DNA of 64,000 bases. Origin: Candidatus Hydrogenedentota bacterium (lineage in GTDB: Bacteria > Hydrogenedentota > Hydrogenedentia > Hydrogenedentales > SLHB01). Made by a program: the position numbers and the translations under genes. Each line of letters starts with the position of its first letter. The first letter of the stretch is position 1. A model generated the notes under the pieces. That model was given only the letters and a program-made list of their open reading frames with translations, was not told the DNA's origin and ran no database searches. Location of the stretch: NCBI GenBank assembly GCA_963745075.1, contig CAVUWV010000001.1, positions 346,240 through 410,239 of the forward strand, given 5' to 3'. Below, piece by piece: positions 29,014 through 39,564 of this stretch.

Positions 29014-29915
29014 CAGTATTCCAAGGCCTCCCTCCGGGAAAACCGCAACGTTACCAGTGTTGCCAGAAACACGAGGACAAACAGCATGACCGCCACGGCG
29101 GACCCGTAGCCGACGTTGTATTCGCTGAACACCTTTTGGTAGAGCAGCGTCGCCATGACGTGGGTCTCGCGCGAGGGCCATTCGTTGTCCATGATCCACA
29201 CGGCCTCGAACAGTTTGAGACTCGTGATAACGAGAAAGACGATGCCGACGACGAGCACTTCGCGGATCAGGGGCAGGGTGATATGCCAAAACTGACGAAA
29301 CGGGGAGGCGCCTTCCAATTCCGCGACTTCGTAGAAGGACTCCGGGATTCCTTCCATGGCGGCCAGAAACAACACCATGTAGAAGCCGGTCATGGTCCAT
29401 ACCAACATCGGCACGATGGAATAGATGAGGTACTGCTTGCCCGTGAAGGGGAAGGGGAGATCGAGGGTGGGCCAGTGAAAATGGGCCTGCAACCACGCGA
29501 GAAATCCGTTCACGACGCCGAATTCCGTGGTGCTGTACAGGAGGACCCAAAGCAGCGCGATGGCAACCGATGCAATGACGTTGGGGAAGAAAAACGCGAC
29601 GCGGAAGATGGCAGCCCCGCGAACGCGCCGATGCAGGACCGATGCGAAGAACAGCGAAAGCACCAGGACCATGCTGCCGGCGGTGACGGTCAAAAACACG
29701 TTGTGCCCGAGAGCCAGCCGGAACAACCCGTCATCCGTGAACAATGCGCGGAAATTCGCCAATCCGACCCATTTGGGCGTCGAGAGGCCGTCCCATTTTT
29801 CGAGGCTGTACAGCAGCGCCCGCACGCCGGGGATCGCCACGAATCCAGTGAACAGCAGAAACGCCGGTGTCAGAAACGTGAGGATGAAGACCGTCTGTTC
29901 CCGCGTGCGTTTCAC
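29013..29915 (-). CDS. carbohydrate ABC transporter permease (MalF/UgpA-like)
   Basis: 300 aa, 6 TM helices, EAA motif AELEGASPFRQFWHITLPL. Confidence 0.85.
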   Translation of the reverse strand: MKRTREQTVFILTFLTPAFLLFTGFVAIPGVRALLYSLEKWDGLSTPKWVGLANFRALFTDDGLFRLALGHNVFLTVTAGSMVLVLSLFFASVLHRRVRGAAIFRVAFFFPNVIASVAIALLWVLLYSTTEFGVVNGFLAWLQAHFHWPTLDLPFPFTGKQYLIYSIVPMLVWTMTGFYMVLFLAAMEGIPESFYEVAELEGASPFRQFWHITLPLIREVLVVGIVFLVITSLKLFEAVWIMDNEWPSRETHVMATLLYQKVFSEYNVGYGSAVAVMLFVLVFLATLVTLRFSRREALEY

Positions 29916-31309
29916 GGTTTTTCTCCGAAGGCCGTGGGGTCGTAGGGGGAGAAGTTTGGAATGATGGTGTCAGGATTGGCACGGGCGCGCGTGATGCCGT
30001 CGTCCATCCGTTTGCCGAATTCTTCGGGCGTAATGGATCCCTCGAGCAACGCGCCCAGCGCGGGAGTCATGACTTGCTGCGTCCATTCCAGAAGCAAGGT
30101 ATCGAGCCGCACATTGAAAATGCCGGGCGCGCCATGGATGCGCGATGCGTCCATCATGTCGAGAACCGATTGCAGCGCCGGGGTGACGGCCGACCGGGGC
30201 GTTCCCTCTTGGATGGGGGAAATGACGCCGATACTCGCGCCCATGTCCGGCGCGTTCCGCGGCGACACCATGAAGCGCGTGAAGTCTGCGGCGATATCCG
30301 TGTACCGGCCGTCCGACGGCATGTAGACACACTCGGCGCCCAGTCCGTTGAATAGTTTGGGATTGCCGTTGCCGCCGTCGACCGCGGGGACGTTGAAACA
30401 ACGCAATTCGAAGCCCGGGGGGATGATGTCCTTTTGCTCGTTCTCGAGCCAGACCCCGCAAAAGATCATCGCCGCGCGATTGTTGCAGAACTGAAGCTGG
30501 CTCTCGGTGTGGGTCATGGCCATGGCGCCCCGTTGAAAGTAGTGGGTCGCCATCTCCTGGAGCAAGCGCGCGGCCCACAACGCGTCCGGTTCGCTGAAGG
30601 CGCCGGGTTCCAATGCGTTCATGCGATTGATTAGCGAGAGCCCGCCGCATCGTTGCGCGAGCGAGATGTAGGTGAACCACGAGTAATACGGATATTTCCC
30701 CTGAAACGCGATGGGGGCGATTCCTTCGGATTGGATTTGCTCGCACAAGGTCTCGAACGCGGACCACGTGGTGGGGATGTTCCACCCGTGCTCGCGGAAC
30801 TGGCGGGCGTCGTACCAGCAGCCCCAGGCGCCGAAGCTCGTTGGGATGGCGTAGACGTGGCCGTCGCTTTTGTACGCGTCGAGCGTACCGGGAATAAAGA
30901 GGTCTCTCCAAGGTCTGTCGCTGCCGTACGCCGGTTTGTCGAGTTCGTCGTCGAATGGTTTCAACTTCCCGGTACTGATCATCAGCCAGAGGGGCAAGCG
31001 GTTATCCAGAACCAGCGCCGGCGGGTCACCGCGCAAGACCCGCGGTTTAATCTTTTCGGCAATGCGGGGTTCTCCCCAGAGGTCGATTTCGATGCCATCG
31101 TCGCGATGGGCGGCCGTGTATTCGGCCGCGATCTTTTGATGCCAGTAGATGCCGTAGCCCCCTTCAAAAACGGCTACCTCGACGTGGCGGATAGCACCTT
31201 CCCCGACCTGGGCCGGCCGGATGACGCCGTCCCAGAACAAGAAACCGATGCAGCACACAATCGCGACGAAGACGCCTGCGAGACCGGATATGCGAAGGAG
31301 CAGATTCAC
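29912..31309 (-). CDS. ABC transporter extracellular solute-binding protein (family 1, sugar)
   Basis: 465 aa. N-terminal anchor/signal. SBP_bac_1-like. 4-nt overlap with permease gene. Confidence 0.8.
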   Translation of the reverse strand: MNLLLRISGLAGVFVAIVCCIGFLFWDGVIRPAQVGEGAIRHVEVAVFEGGYGIYWHQKIAAEYTAAHRDDGIEIDLWGEPRIAEKIKPRVLRGDPPALVLDNRLPLWLMISTGKLKPFDDELDKPAYGSDRPWRDLFIPGTLDAYKSDGHVYAIPTSFGAWGCWYDARQFREHGWNIPTTWSAFETLCEQIQSEGIAPIAFQGKYPYYSWFTYISLAQRCGGLSLINRMNALEPGAFSEPDALWAARLLQEMATHYFQRGAMAMTHTESQLQFCNNRAAMIFCGVWLENEQKDIIPPGFELRCFNVPAVDGGNGNPKLFNGLGAECVYMPSDGRYTDIAADFTRFMVSPRNAPDMGASIGVISPIQEGTPRSAVTPALQSVLDMMDASRIHGAPGIFNVRLDTLLLEWTQQVMTPALGALLEGSITPEEFGKRMDDGITRARANPDTIIPNFSPYDPTAFGEKP

Positions 31310-31439
31310 GCAGCGATTGTAGTGACTCGTCGTGGAGGAGGCAAGACAGCAACGAGGCGCGGGGAGTCGTCGTGCAGCCTGCCTCCGACCCTGCTATAAT
31401 GCGAAGACAGCGATGTCAACGGGGTACAGAGGGGGCTTC

Positions 31440-32489
31440 ATGTCAAGTGTCGATGAGGTTGAACGGTATTTTGAGGTTGGCCGCGCCGTCGTCCTGCAAT
31501 CGAAGCGGATCCAGGGGGAAGAGGGACGCGTGCGCACGTTCGTGCGCGGTTGGCAGCGGGGCGCCTACCTGTTGTTGGATGTCCCGCGCAAAGAAGTGGG
31601 AAATGCGTCGCTTCGCGTGAACGACCCCTGCGTGCTCCGGTTTCTTGCGGAGGGAGACGCGTGCGGATGCAACGCGGAGGTGGAGGATCTCGGCACGGGA
31701 TCCCACTTCTCGTATATCCGGGTCACCTGGCCCCGCGACGTATCCTGCGTTCGGGTACGAAAGTACGAGCGCGTTCACGTGCACACTTCTTGTTCCGTAC
31801 GTTTGGACAACGACAAAACGATTGAAGGAGAACTGGTCGACCTGAGCGCGGGCGGCTGCAAAGTCCGAGTGCCGCATATCCTGCCAAAGGGGGACCGAAT
31901 CGTAATGTCTTTTTGCCTGCCGGACGGTTCCGCGGTTGATGAGATCGTGGCGGTCGTTTGCGCGTCGGCCGAGGATTCAGAGGGCGCCTGGGTCGGGTGC
32001 GAATACCACGACCCGGAGGAAGGGGCCATCTACGATATCGAGTTTTTTGTCGCGGCCACGCTTGCCCGTCTGCGCGCGGAACCCCCGGAGAGTCCGCATG
32101 TACTTGTCATTGAACCGGACTTGAGCAAGGTGAACGACCTTCGCATCGGGCTCAAATCTGCCGGATACGAAGTAATCCTGGCGCCCGGTCCTGTGGATGG
32201 TTTCTTCTGGTTGCGTTTGTCGACGCCGTCCGTCCTGGTGGCTTCGGCCGAGCAGCAGGTCATCAGCGGAGCGGACATTGTCGGAATCATAAAGACAACC
32301 CGTCAATTCAAAAATCTGCCCGTTATCGTATACGGCGGCGACGCCACCATCGGGAAACGGGCGATGGAAGCGGGCGCGGCATTTCACGTGCCATCAGCGG
32401 CCGACGTGCAGAAGATTACCGGCGCGGTAAAAGAGTTAATCGAAAAGAATGCGCGCAAACCCGAGGAAACCGCCGGCACCGGCCTCTGA
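31440..32489 (+). CDS. PilZ-domain protein fused to C-terminal response-regulator receiver-like domain
   Basis: YcgR-N-like and PilZ region (RVNDPCVLRF...DLSAGGCKVRV), then a CheY-like receiver (VLVIEPDLSKVNDL...VIVYGGD). Start at ATG 31440 with GAGGGGG RBS. Confidence 0.6.
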   Translation: MSSVDEVERYFEVGRAVVLQSKRIQGEEGRVRTFVRGWQRGAYLLLDVPRKEVGNASLRVNDPCVLRFLAEGDACGCNAEVEDLGTGSHFSYIRVTWPRDVSCVRVRKYERVHVHTSCSVRLDNDKTIEGELVDLSAGGCKVRVPHILPKGDRIVMSFCLPDGSAVDEIVAVVCASAEDSEGAWVGCEYHDPEEGAIYDIEFFVAATLARLRAEPPESPHVLVIEPDLSKVNDLRIGLKSAGYEVILAPGPVDGFFWLRLSTPSVLVASAEQQVISGADIVGIIKTTRQFKNLPVIVYGGDATIGKRAMEAGAAFHVPSAADVQKITGAVKELIEKNARKPEETAGTGL

Positions 32490-32493
32490 ATGC

Positions 32494-33621
32494 TCAAAAC
32501 ACCCGCAGAACGATGCAGTTCAAGTAGGCGGTTTCGGGCATGGTCAAGAGGACCGGATGATCCCGAGCGGCCCCACGTTCTTCCAGGACCCACACGTCGC
32601 GCTGCGCGGCCCGTGCAGCCCGCTTCAAGACTTCGACAAACGCCGGTCCGTCCATGAAATGGGAACAGGTGCTCGTGACCAGATACCCGCCCGGTTCGAC
32701 CGCCTCCATGGCATCCCGGTTCAACGCCTGATACAACCCCGCGGCTTTGCGGCTCTGGCCGCGTGACTTTGCGAAGGCCGGGGGATCCAGTATCACGAGG
32801 TCGTACCGTTGGCCCCGTTGGAGCGCGGTGCGCACGTCCACGCATTCGAAAATGCACCGATCGCTGAGCGCGTTCCGTTCCGCATTGCGCCTGGCGTGCG
32901 CGATGGCCGTCTCCGAAGAATCGACCGCCAATACCGACGCGGCGCCGGCCGCCGCCATATGGCAAGCCCATTGCCCCGAATAACAATGCCCGTCGAAGAC
33001 TCGGGCGCCGCGGGCCAATGAACGTGCCGCGAGTACGTTCTCCCGCTGATCCAGAAATGCACCGGTCTTTTGTCCGCGCTCAAGATCAACTACGAATTGC
33101 AATCCACCGTGGCTCACTTCAACGGAACCCGGCGCCTCGCCCGCGTTGCGCCGGCCGCCCGGCAGGTTCAGTTGTACGCCTTCGACGCCATCGTGGCGCG
33201 TGAGGATCGAGGCGAGGGCGTCCCCGTACGCCGCGTAAAACGCGCATCCGGACTGAACGACCGCAACCGGCCCGTACCGGTCGATCACCATGCCCGGCAA
33301 CCGGTCGCTCTCGCCATGAACCCAGCGATAGAAAGTTTCCCCCGGATACAAGCGGTCGCGAAACTGCTTCGCCTGCGCGATACGACGCTCGAGCAAATCT
33401 GTATCGACCGTCTCCGTCTCGCGTTTTGTGATCAACCGAATCGCGATTCCGCCGGTTGCCTGGTAAAAACCCCTGCCGACGAACCGGCCCCGGTCCGACA
33501 CGATGTCGACCACCGTTCCGTCTTCCACCCGAGGCAATCGCGCGAACTCATTCCGGTAGGCCCACAAATGCCCGCGCAACAGGCGGCGGTCTTCTTTTGC
33601 TTTTAAGATTGCTGTATCCAT
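32494..33621 (-). CDS. rlmI: 23S rRNA (cytosine1962-C5)-methyltransferase RlmI-like (PUA + class I SAM MTase)
   Basis: SAM-binding VLDLFAYTGGF-like region (ARVFDGHCYSGQWA, DLVILDPPAF). Start at ATG 33621 (MDTAILKAK). Confidence 0.75.
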   Translation of the reverse strand: MDTAILKAKEDRRLLRGHLWAYRNEFARLPRVEDGTVVDIVSDRGRFVGRGFYQATGGIAIRLITKRETETVDTDLLERRIAQAKQFRDRLYPGETFYRWVHGESDRLPGMVIDRYGPVAVVQSGCAFYAAYGDALASILTRHDGVEGVQLNLPGGRRNAGEAPGSVEVSHGGLQFVVDLERGQKTGAFLDQRENVLAARSLARGARVFDGHCYSGQWACHMAAAGAASVLAVDSSETAIAHARRNAERNALSDRCIFECVDVRTALQRGQRYDLVILDPPAFAKSRGQSRKAAGLYQALNRDAMEAVEPGGYLVTSTCSHFMDGPAFVEVLKRAARAAQRDVWVLEERGAARDHPVLLTMPETAYLNCIVLRVF

Positions 33622-33791
33622 AAGCGGAAGAGTGTACCGCAAACCGGCGTGTACTTGCGAGGAAATTGTTGTCAGGAATTTGTTGTCGTTCGGGCCGATT
33701 CGCCCACCGCCGCCGAACCGTGGACATCCGGACAGCCAAAAGATTGATCCGTTCCCCGTCGTTCGCTATACTATCGCCTCGTCTGAACCCA

Positions 33792-33867
33792 TGGGGATGT
33801 AGCTCAGTTGGGAGAGCGCTTGTCTGGCAGACAAGAGGTCAGGGGTTCGATTCCCCTCATCTCCACC
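33792..33867 (+). tRNA. tRNA-Ala (anticodon GGC)
   Basis: Cloverleaf folds by hand: acceptor GGGGATG/CATCTCC with the diagnostic G3:U70 pair, anticodon loop CTGGCAG, T-loop TTCGATT, 3' CCA encoded. 76 nt. Confidence 0.92.
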
Positions 33868-33869
33868 AT

Positions 33870-36100
33870 CTAACACATTAATGACCGCTGGGTTACAAGA
33901 ATGGCTCGGCGGTCTTTGTTTTTGCCTGCCCGGTTTGTAAGTCCGCCCTGATGCCGAGGCATCAACAATTCGAGCGTCACGCCAAAACGGTCCACGCGTG
34001 CGCGTAGTGTCCAATCGGTGTGCGTTCCTGCACTTTCGTTTCCCATGTCGCTCGTTGTGTATCGTTGTTGGCTGACGTTCGCTTCGGGGATTACACGAGG
34101 TACGTGCCGTGTCGCGATGGAACCTTCTCGCCGGGGATTTCGGTCCGTCCGGCTTTTCTGAGTTCGTCGCCAAACTCGTCGATGGTGCGATTACCGGGAG
34201 CATCGGTGACCATTACGTACTATGGGAAACCGCTGACATCGGGCAATTGACCGGCGCACTACGCATTGGTTGCCACGTTCTCTTGGTGAGCAACTTGTGG
34301 TATGTGGGCAGCGGGGATGCCGGGTTTGACCTTACGGTTGCGTCACTCGACTTCATGAGCCGACTTCGAGTGGCGACGGATGCACCGATTACTCGCGGTC
34401 TTCGGATATGCCGAGGAAGCGAACTACGCCGGCATGCTGATTCATGCAGGCGCCGACTTCGCGACTCGTGTTCCGTTTGATCCGAAGCTGTTTCAGGAAG
34501 GGTGTTGCGCTTTCTTACTCCCCTCCCGTGAAGATGCTGTAGTCGCGCATTACCTGCTAATCGTATTGCGTGATTTGGTTAGGGCAGTGTATTATGGCGG
34601 GTGTACCGGGACGATGCAATATTACAACGCCACGGCACAAGTGTGAACACGGTATCACTCGTCAAGCTGGTTTGAATGACGAATAGCCTAAGACGATTAG
34701 GATGAGAAGTAGAGATAAGAGCTAAGCGAACAAGTCGCTGGACATGTATCGCCTGGAGCAACACCGGCTGCGCCGTCAGATGAACTGTCGGCGTGAGTGT
34801 TACCCAAGGAGAAGGCAATGACCAAAAAGTATTGGCCAACGGAACGGCAGAAGCGAAGGCAATGTCTGGCAGCAGTGATACTAACAATATGTGCTGTGCT
34901 CGACGCATACGTACTTCTTAGGAACTTCGATGCTTCGTATGTGTTGGTCGAGATTCTCCTGGTAGCGTGCGCGGTTTTGCAGTGGAGCATCTACCTCAGC
35001 ATTCAGACACAACTCGACATTAAGGCAATCCTGACGAGTCAAGAACCAGATGACGATGGGGCGCATAACAAGCCGAATGCAGGAGACGCTTGACAGCGCT
35101 CTTAGTCCGTGACGTACCGCACCGATTGAGAATATACGCAAACAAGCTCCGCCGAATGGCAGGCCAAACACGATGAGGTGCTGCACGAAAAGTGGAGAGT
35201 TGACGAGGGTATCATGCGGCGAATTGACCAAGGGAAATGGGGGAACGTATGGAGTACGACACGTCGGTTGCGTTCCACGGGCCGGCCGGGGGAGCCATTG
35301 AAAAGGCGCGTTTGAGCGTCACGTCGAACGGCTTCAAACTGGGCCACGTCAGCGAGACGCAACTGGTGGCGACCGGCCCGGGGATGCACAGCACGAAGCA
35401 GAGTCCGATACTGGGCGCAACGCGCATTACGATCACTGTTTCCGGAGGCTTTATCGACGTGCAGGCTGCACTTGGGGCGTCACGTTCATGCAACTGTTTG
35501 TGTTTCTCTTTCCTCCGGCTCTTGTGGGGATTCTGACCTTCAGCTTTTGCTTCAGGCCAGAAGTTCCGAAGCATATCTTACTCCTACCGCTTGCGCGACT
35601 TTTGCCATGGGCGGTTATATCGCCCTGATGGCCCGGGGCATCAAGAACCGGACGAGGGAGGCACTGGATGATTTCGCCCAGTACATTGCATTCGTTGGGT
35701 TGACGGATTAACCAGCGCATGCGGCAGTCCGCGGATACGCCGAACGTCAGGCAGCGGCCAATGCGCTCTCCTTAGTGAAGTACCCCAGCGCCGGTTGAAA
35801 AGGGCCTTAGGCGTTAGCCTACTTGGCGGATTGGGTTGCGAGGAGATGGGGCTGACCTGGCCCTGAGTTTCTGCGAAAGGCGTCGATGTGCGGAAGGCTA
35901 CCTCAGGAGGGTTGAGAATTCCAGACTAAACTTTCTTCCGCGGCCCATCCATGGTCAACCCAGAACCGTTGGGCGCCGTTTCGGAAGATTTCGGCTGGGA
36001 TGGCGGTGCGTTGACATTTGGTCACACCGGACTATAGCCTTCGCTGCGCAACTCTTCGGTCAGGGTAGCAATCGTCGTATGACAGTGGATCGACTCTTTG
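33870..36100. other. low-GC (~45-50%) non-coding/degenerate segment immediately 3' of tRNA-Ala
   Basis: Compositional drop visible by eye versus ~62% flanks. Only short, frame-hopping ORFs (e.g. 35237..35536 and 35472..35711 appear to be pieces of one disrupted gene). Confidence 0.4.
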
Positions 36101-36193
36101 GCGATTCATGATGGGAACACCGCATTCCGTCGCGGGAGAAGCAGGGGCGCCGCAGCGAGTGGGCGCGACCGTTACCGACGGGGAGGTTATGGG

Positions 36194-37219
36194 ATGTCGC
36201 GATATCTGGCCGGTTCTTGGCGGTCCGGAATCCGAGTGGCGTTGGTATCCGGCGTACTCGTTTTCATCGTCTGTGTCACGACGGGATGTCCAACCAGCCC
36301 ACCTTATATCGAGATCAGCGAATCGCAGCACGTGTTCGGGCAGGATGAAAACCAGTGGGTGTTTCACGTTCGGAACAGTGGTGGGAGGGGGGCTATGTTC
36401 TTCCAGGTCGCCGCAACTGTTTCGTGGCTGGAGGTGCGGCCGGAGCGAGCGTTCAGCCTGGGTCCGAATGACCTGGTACCGGTTTGGGTTCACGTTCGCC
36501 GGTCTTCCATTCCGAAGGCTTCGGTACAAGCGCGGGTCGTCGTGTCATCTACGCAGGCGCCCTATGACAGCGCTGCAGCAGTTTATCTGGATACCGGAAG
36601 CTCGGACGAAGTCTTTGTGCGGGATTACTTCCCGTTGCGTAAGGGGGCTACGTGGCGGTATTCGCCTTCGGGGCTGAAAGGATCGCCCGGCGAACCGTGG
36701 AGTGAGCTGCAAATACAACGGGTCTTCTACCGGGGCGGCATTCGTGTCGCGGAGGCGACCTATCGTATTGCCGGCGAGGCCAAGGTTGCCGTCGTGTACA
36801 TCGCGTTGATTTCTGAGATACCGGTGGTGGTGAGGAGTAACACGCGAGCAATTCAGTCGCTGCCAAATACCGAGCGATTTTGGGATCTTGCATTTGACGA
36901 CGTTGTTCCGTCGTGGTTATTTACCGGCGTATATGAACCGGGGGTCGATCAACTGAACTCCAACACGACTCGGTACAGCACGGCGCCTTTGAACGATCTG
37001 ACCCCCATTCATGTTGAAAGCGGCGACCTTGGACCCTACGAGTCCGGCGCGTTCGGGGTAGACGGCGATACGCCCTGCCTCGCGACGCATACGCCGACGG
37101 GGCCTCCGTGGTCGGATGTGCGCTACTACGTCGATCTGTTAGGGCGTGGTATTGGCCCGTTGCTTGATCCTTTTGGCAATGGCGCGTTGATTTTCTTCGA
37201 TCCGGGCGAAACACCGTAA
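36194..37219 (+). CDS. hypothetical lipoprotein
   Basis: Start at ATG 36194 with GGGGAGG RBS. Lipoprotein signal MSRYLAGSWRSGIRVALVSGVLVFIVCVTTGC. No recognised domain. Confidence 0.5.
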   Translation: MSRYLAGSWRSGIRVALVSGVLVFIVCVTTGCPTSPPYIEISESQHVFGQDENQWVFHVRNSGGRGAMFFQVAATVSWLEVRPERAFSLGPNDLVPVWVHVRRSSIPKASVQARVVVSSTQAPYDSAAAVYLDTGSSDEVFVRDYFPLRKGATWRYSPSGLKGSPGEPWSELQIQRVFYRGGIRVAEATYRIAGEAKVAVVYIALISEIPVVVRSNTRAIQSLPNTERFWDLAFDDVVPSWLFTGVYEPGVDQLNSNTTRYSTAPLNDLTPIHVESGDLGPYESGAFGVDGDTPCLATHTPTGPPWSDVRYYVDLLGRGIGPLLDPFGNGALIFFDPGETP

Positions 37220-37406
37220 CCACGTTCTACGCGGGTGTGGGCTATCGGCATCTGCTGGAGCGGCGGAAACCACGGAATCTGGATCGTTCGCTCTCGGCGA
37301 AACCTTCACGACGATGTGAGAAGAATCTCGCGCAGCAAAGAGCCGGTTGGGCTGGTTCGCGTGCTCTTCCGGAATTCTTGCCCGGTTTTTGGAATCATTT
37401 CGTACA

Positions 37407-37435
37407 TTGCGCGTTTTCGTGCACGTCCCTATAAT
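37407..37435 (+). promoter_or_regulatory. sigma-70-like promoter candidate for sensor kinase gene (TTGCGC-N17-TATAAT)
   Basis: Read directly ~60 nt upstream of ATG 37498. Confidence 0.3.
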
Positions 37436-37497
37436 CAGCGCCGGATCGGTTTTTCATTGAACGATAGTGCTTCGGAACCATTGGATGTGTGCGTGCC

Positions 37498-39324
37498 ATG
37501 GGCAGATGGCTTCTTCATAGTCTTCAGGGTAGGGTGCTGCTGACGCTGTTGGTGCTTGCGATGGCGCCGTTGGGAATAGCGGCGTTTCAGGGGTACCACT
37601 GCGCCCGGCAAGCGGTAAACGATCTGGTGCAGAAACACTTGCTGTCGGTTGTGCGGACGCGGGAAGCCATGATCGAGGCGTGGTATGGTGAGCGGGTGAA
37701 GGACATCAAGACCGTGGCATCGTTGCCGGATGTGGTCAAGAAGGTTCTGAAGGCGGATTCGGCGGGGAAGAGCGAGTCCGACCCGGCGCTGGATACATTG
37801 CTCTCGGACATTGAACTTCAGGATTCGGCGTTCGAGAGTTTGTCCGTGTATACGCTTGACTGGCATCTGGTGGCCCGAGCGGAGTTTGGTGAGCACCGGA
37901 GCGAGGACCTTTTGACCAAGCGCCTCATGTCCGATCTCGAAGCCGCGGAAGGTGTTTTCCTTGAAGAAGTGCACATGCACCACGACGCAAACGCGGGCGC
38001 GCATATCGGCGACAGCATCCAGGACAAGGCGGGAACGGACATCGGATATCTGGTTGGCAATCTGAACCTCACCAAGAGCATTGCGCCGTTGTTACAGGAG
38101 CGGAGCGGCTTGTGGAACACGGGGAAGGCTTACCTCACGAACGGTGATCTGGAAATCATTACGGAGCCCTTTACGGAGGGCCGGCGGGTATCCTTCGAGA
38201 AAAAGGCTCCGACAGCGGTGGAAGCATGTATCGCGGGTGGAACTTCCCAGGTTCTCAGTTACAAGGACTATCGCGGTCACGAGGTTCTTGGAACGGCGGT
38301 TCGCCTGCCGATCGACAATTGGGCGCTGGTGGCAGAGATCGACCGGTCGGAAGCGTTGAAATGGCTGAACCGGCTGATCTTTCGGGCGTCGCTTACGGTT
38401 CTCGTCACCCTGATTGTCGTGGTGGCAGCTTCCATGTGGATGTCGTCCTTTCTGGGGCGTCCTCTCCGGCAGTTGGTGACCATTGCCAACCGGATACGGG
38501 GCGGCCAGACGAGTGAACGCGTGCAGCCGACGCAGATAGTCGAGGCCGACGAGGTTGGTATGGCGTTCAATGAGATGCTGGATGAACTGCGAACCCAGCA
38601 GGACTTTGTGGCGCGAACGACGGCACTGGCGAGTATGGGCGAGATGACATCGAGTATCGTGCATGAAATGCGAAATCCGCTCTCGTCGGTGAAGATGAAC
38701 CTTCAGGCTTTGTCGCGGTCGTTGGAACCTGGGAATCCGAACACGGAAGTGGCCGAGATCGCATCCAATCAGATTGCCCGCATCGAAAACATGCTGACGG
38801 ATTTGCTGCAGTTCGGACGGCCGGTTTCGATCCAGAAGACGGAAGTATTTTTCGAGGACCTCGTTCAAGCATGCACTCGTATCGCAGGCGACACGATGCG
38901 CGAGAAGGAAATCCGGTGCGAGGCGGATTGTGCGTTGGACGAAAGCGTCCTTTTTGTCGACGAGGAGCAGATGTGTCGCGCGTTGTCCAACCTCATCCTT
39001 AATGCGGTACAGGCATCGCCCGCGCAGTCCGAGGTTCGTGTCACGTTGCGGCCATCCCGTCGCGGGGAGCGTTTCGTGGACATCGACGTGGAGGACTCGG
39101 GTCCGGGTCTCACCGAGATGGCGCTGAAGAAAGTTTTTCAGCCGTTTTTCACAACCAAGCCGGGCGGGACCGGGCTTGGCCTCGCAAACGTGAAGAAGAT
39201 CGTGGAGCTTCATGGTGGATCCGCTTCGGCCGAGAACGCGGAGCCGGGTGGTGCGGTGTTTCGTATCACCATTCCGCGCGCGGCCCATTCCGTCCAATTG
39301 GACGTGTTTCAGGTAAGGCAATAG
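37498..39324 (+). CDS. sensor histidine kinase (periplasmic sensor domain, HAMP, HisKA, HATPase_c), ZraS/NtrB-like
   Basis: Two TM helices flanking a ~270-aa periplasmic domain. H-box SIVHEMRNPLSSV, and N/G boxes. Start at ATG 37498 preferred over GTG 37489. Confidence 0.8.
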   Translation: MGRWLLHSLQGRVLLTLLVLAMAPLGIAAFQGYHCARQAVNDLVQKHLLSVVRTREAMIEAWYGERVKDIKTVASLPDVVKKVLKADSAGKSESDPALDTLLSDIELQDSAFESLSVYTLDWHLVARAEFGEHRSEDLLTKRLMSDLEAAEGVFLEEVHMHHDANAGAHIGDSIQDKAGTDIGYLVGNLNLTKSIAPLLQERSGLWNTGKAYLTNGDLEIITEPFTEGRRVSFEKKAPTAVEACIAGGTSQVLSYKDYRGHEVLGTAVRLPIDNWALVAEIDRSEALKWLNRLIFRASLTVLVTLIVVVAASMWMSSFLGRPLRQLVTIANRIRGGQTSERVQPTQIVEADEVGMAFNEMLDELRTQQDFVARTTALASMGEMTSSIVHEMRNPLSSVKMNLQALSRSLEPGNPNTEVAEIASNQIARIENMLTDLLQFGRPVSIQKTEVFFEDLVQACTRIAGDTMREKEIRCEADCALDESVLFVDEEQMCRALSNLILNAVQASPAQSEVRVTLRPSRRGERFVDIDVEDSGPGLTEMALKKVFQPFFTTKPGGTGLGLANVKKIVELHGGSASAENAEPGGAVFRITIPRAAHSVQLDVFQVRQ

Positions 39325-39564
39325 CCACTGCGCTGGTCAGAATCTGTCCAGGGCGAGCGGTAAACCGAAGTTTGAAGGTGTATTATTTTTTATTAACATG
39401 ACTGAGACTATGGATTTCGGAGGTGGCATGATCGTTGCGTTGGCGGCACCAGAGTGCAGAACGCCAGGCACGTGTTCCGGGCGTGAACAGGATTGGTGCT
39501 CGATATGCTTGCTCCAGCGTCAAACTTTTCGGTTGCGGAATGCAGGGAGCTGGGGACCCGAAGT

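Noticed and set aside
33870-36100. Integrase/recombinase expected next to tRNA-Ala.
   Set aside because: Read both strands of the low-GC segment. No ORF with tyrosine-recombinase (R..H..R..Y) or serine-recombinase motifs was found, so it is reported only as a degenerate segment.
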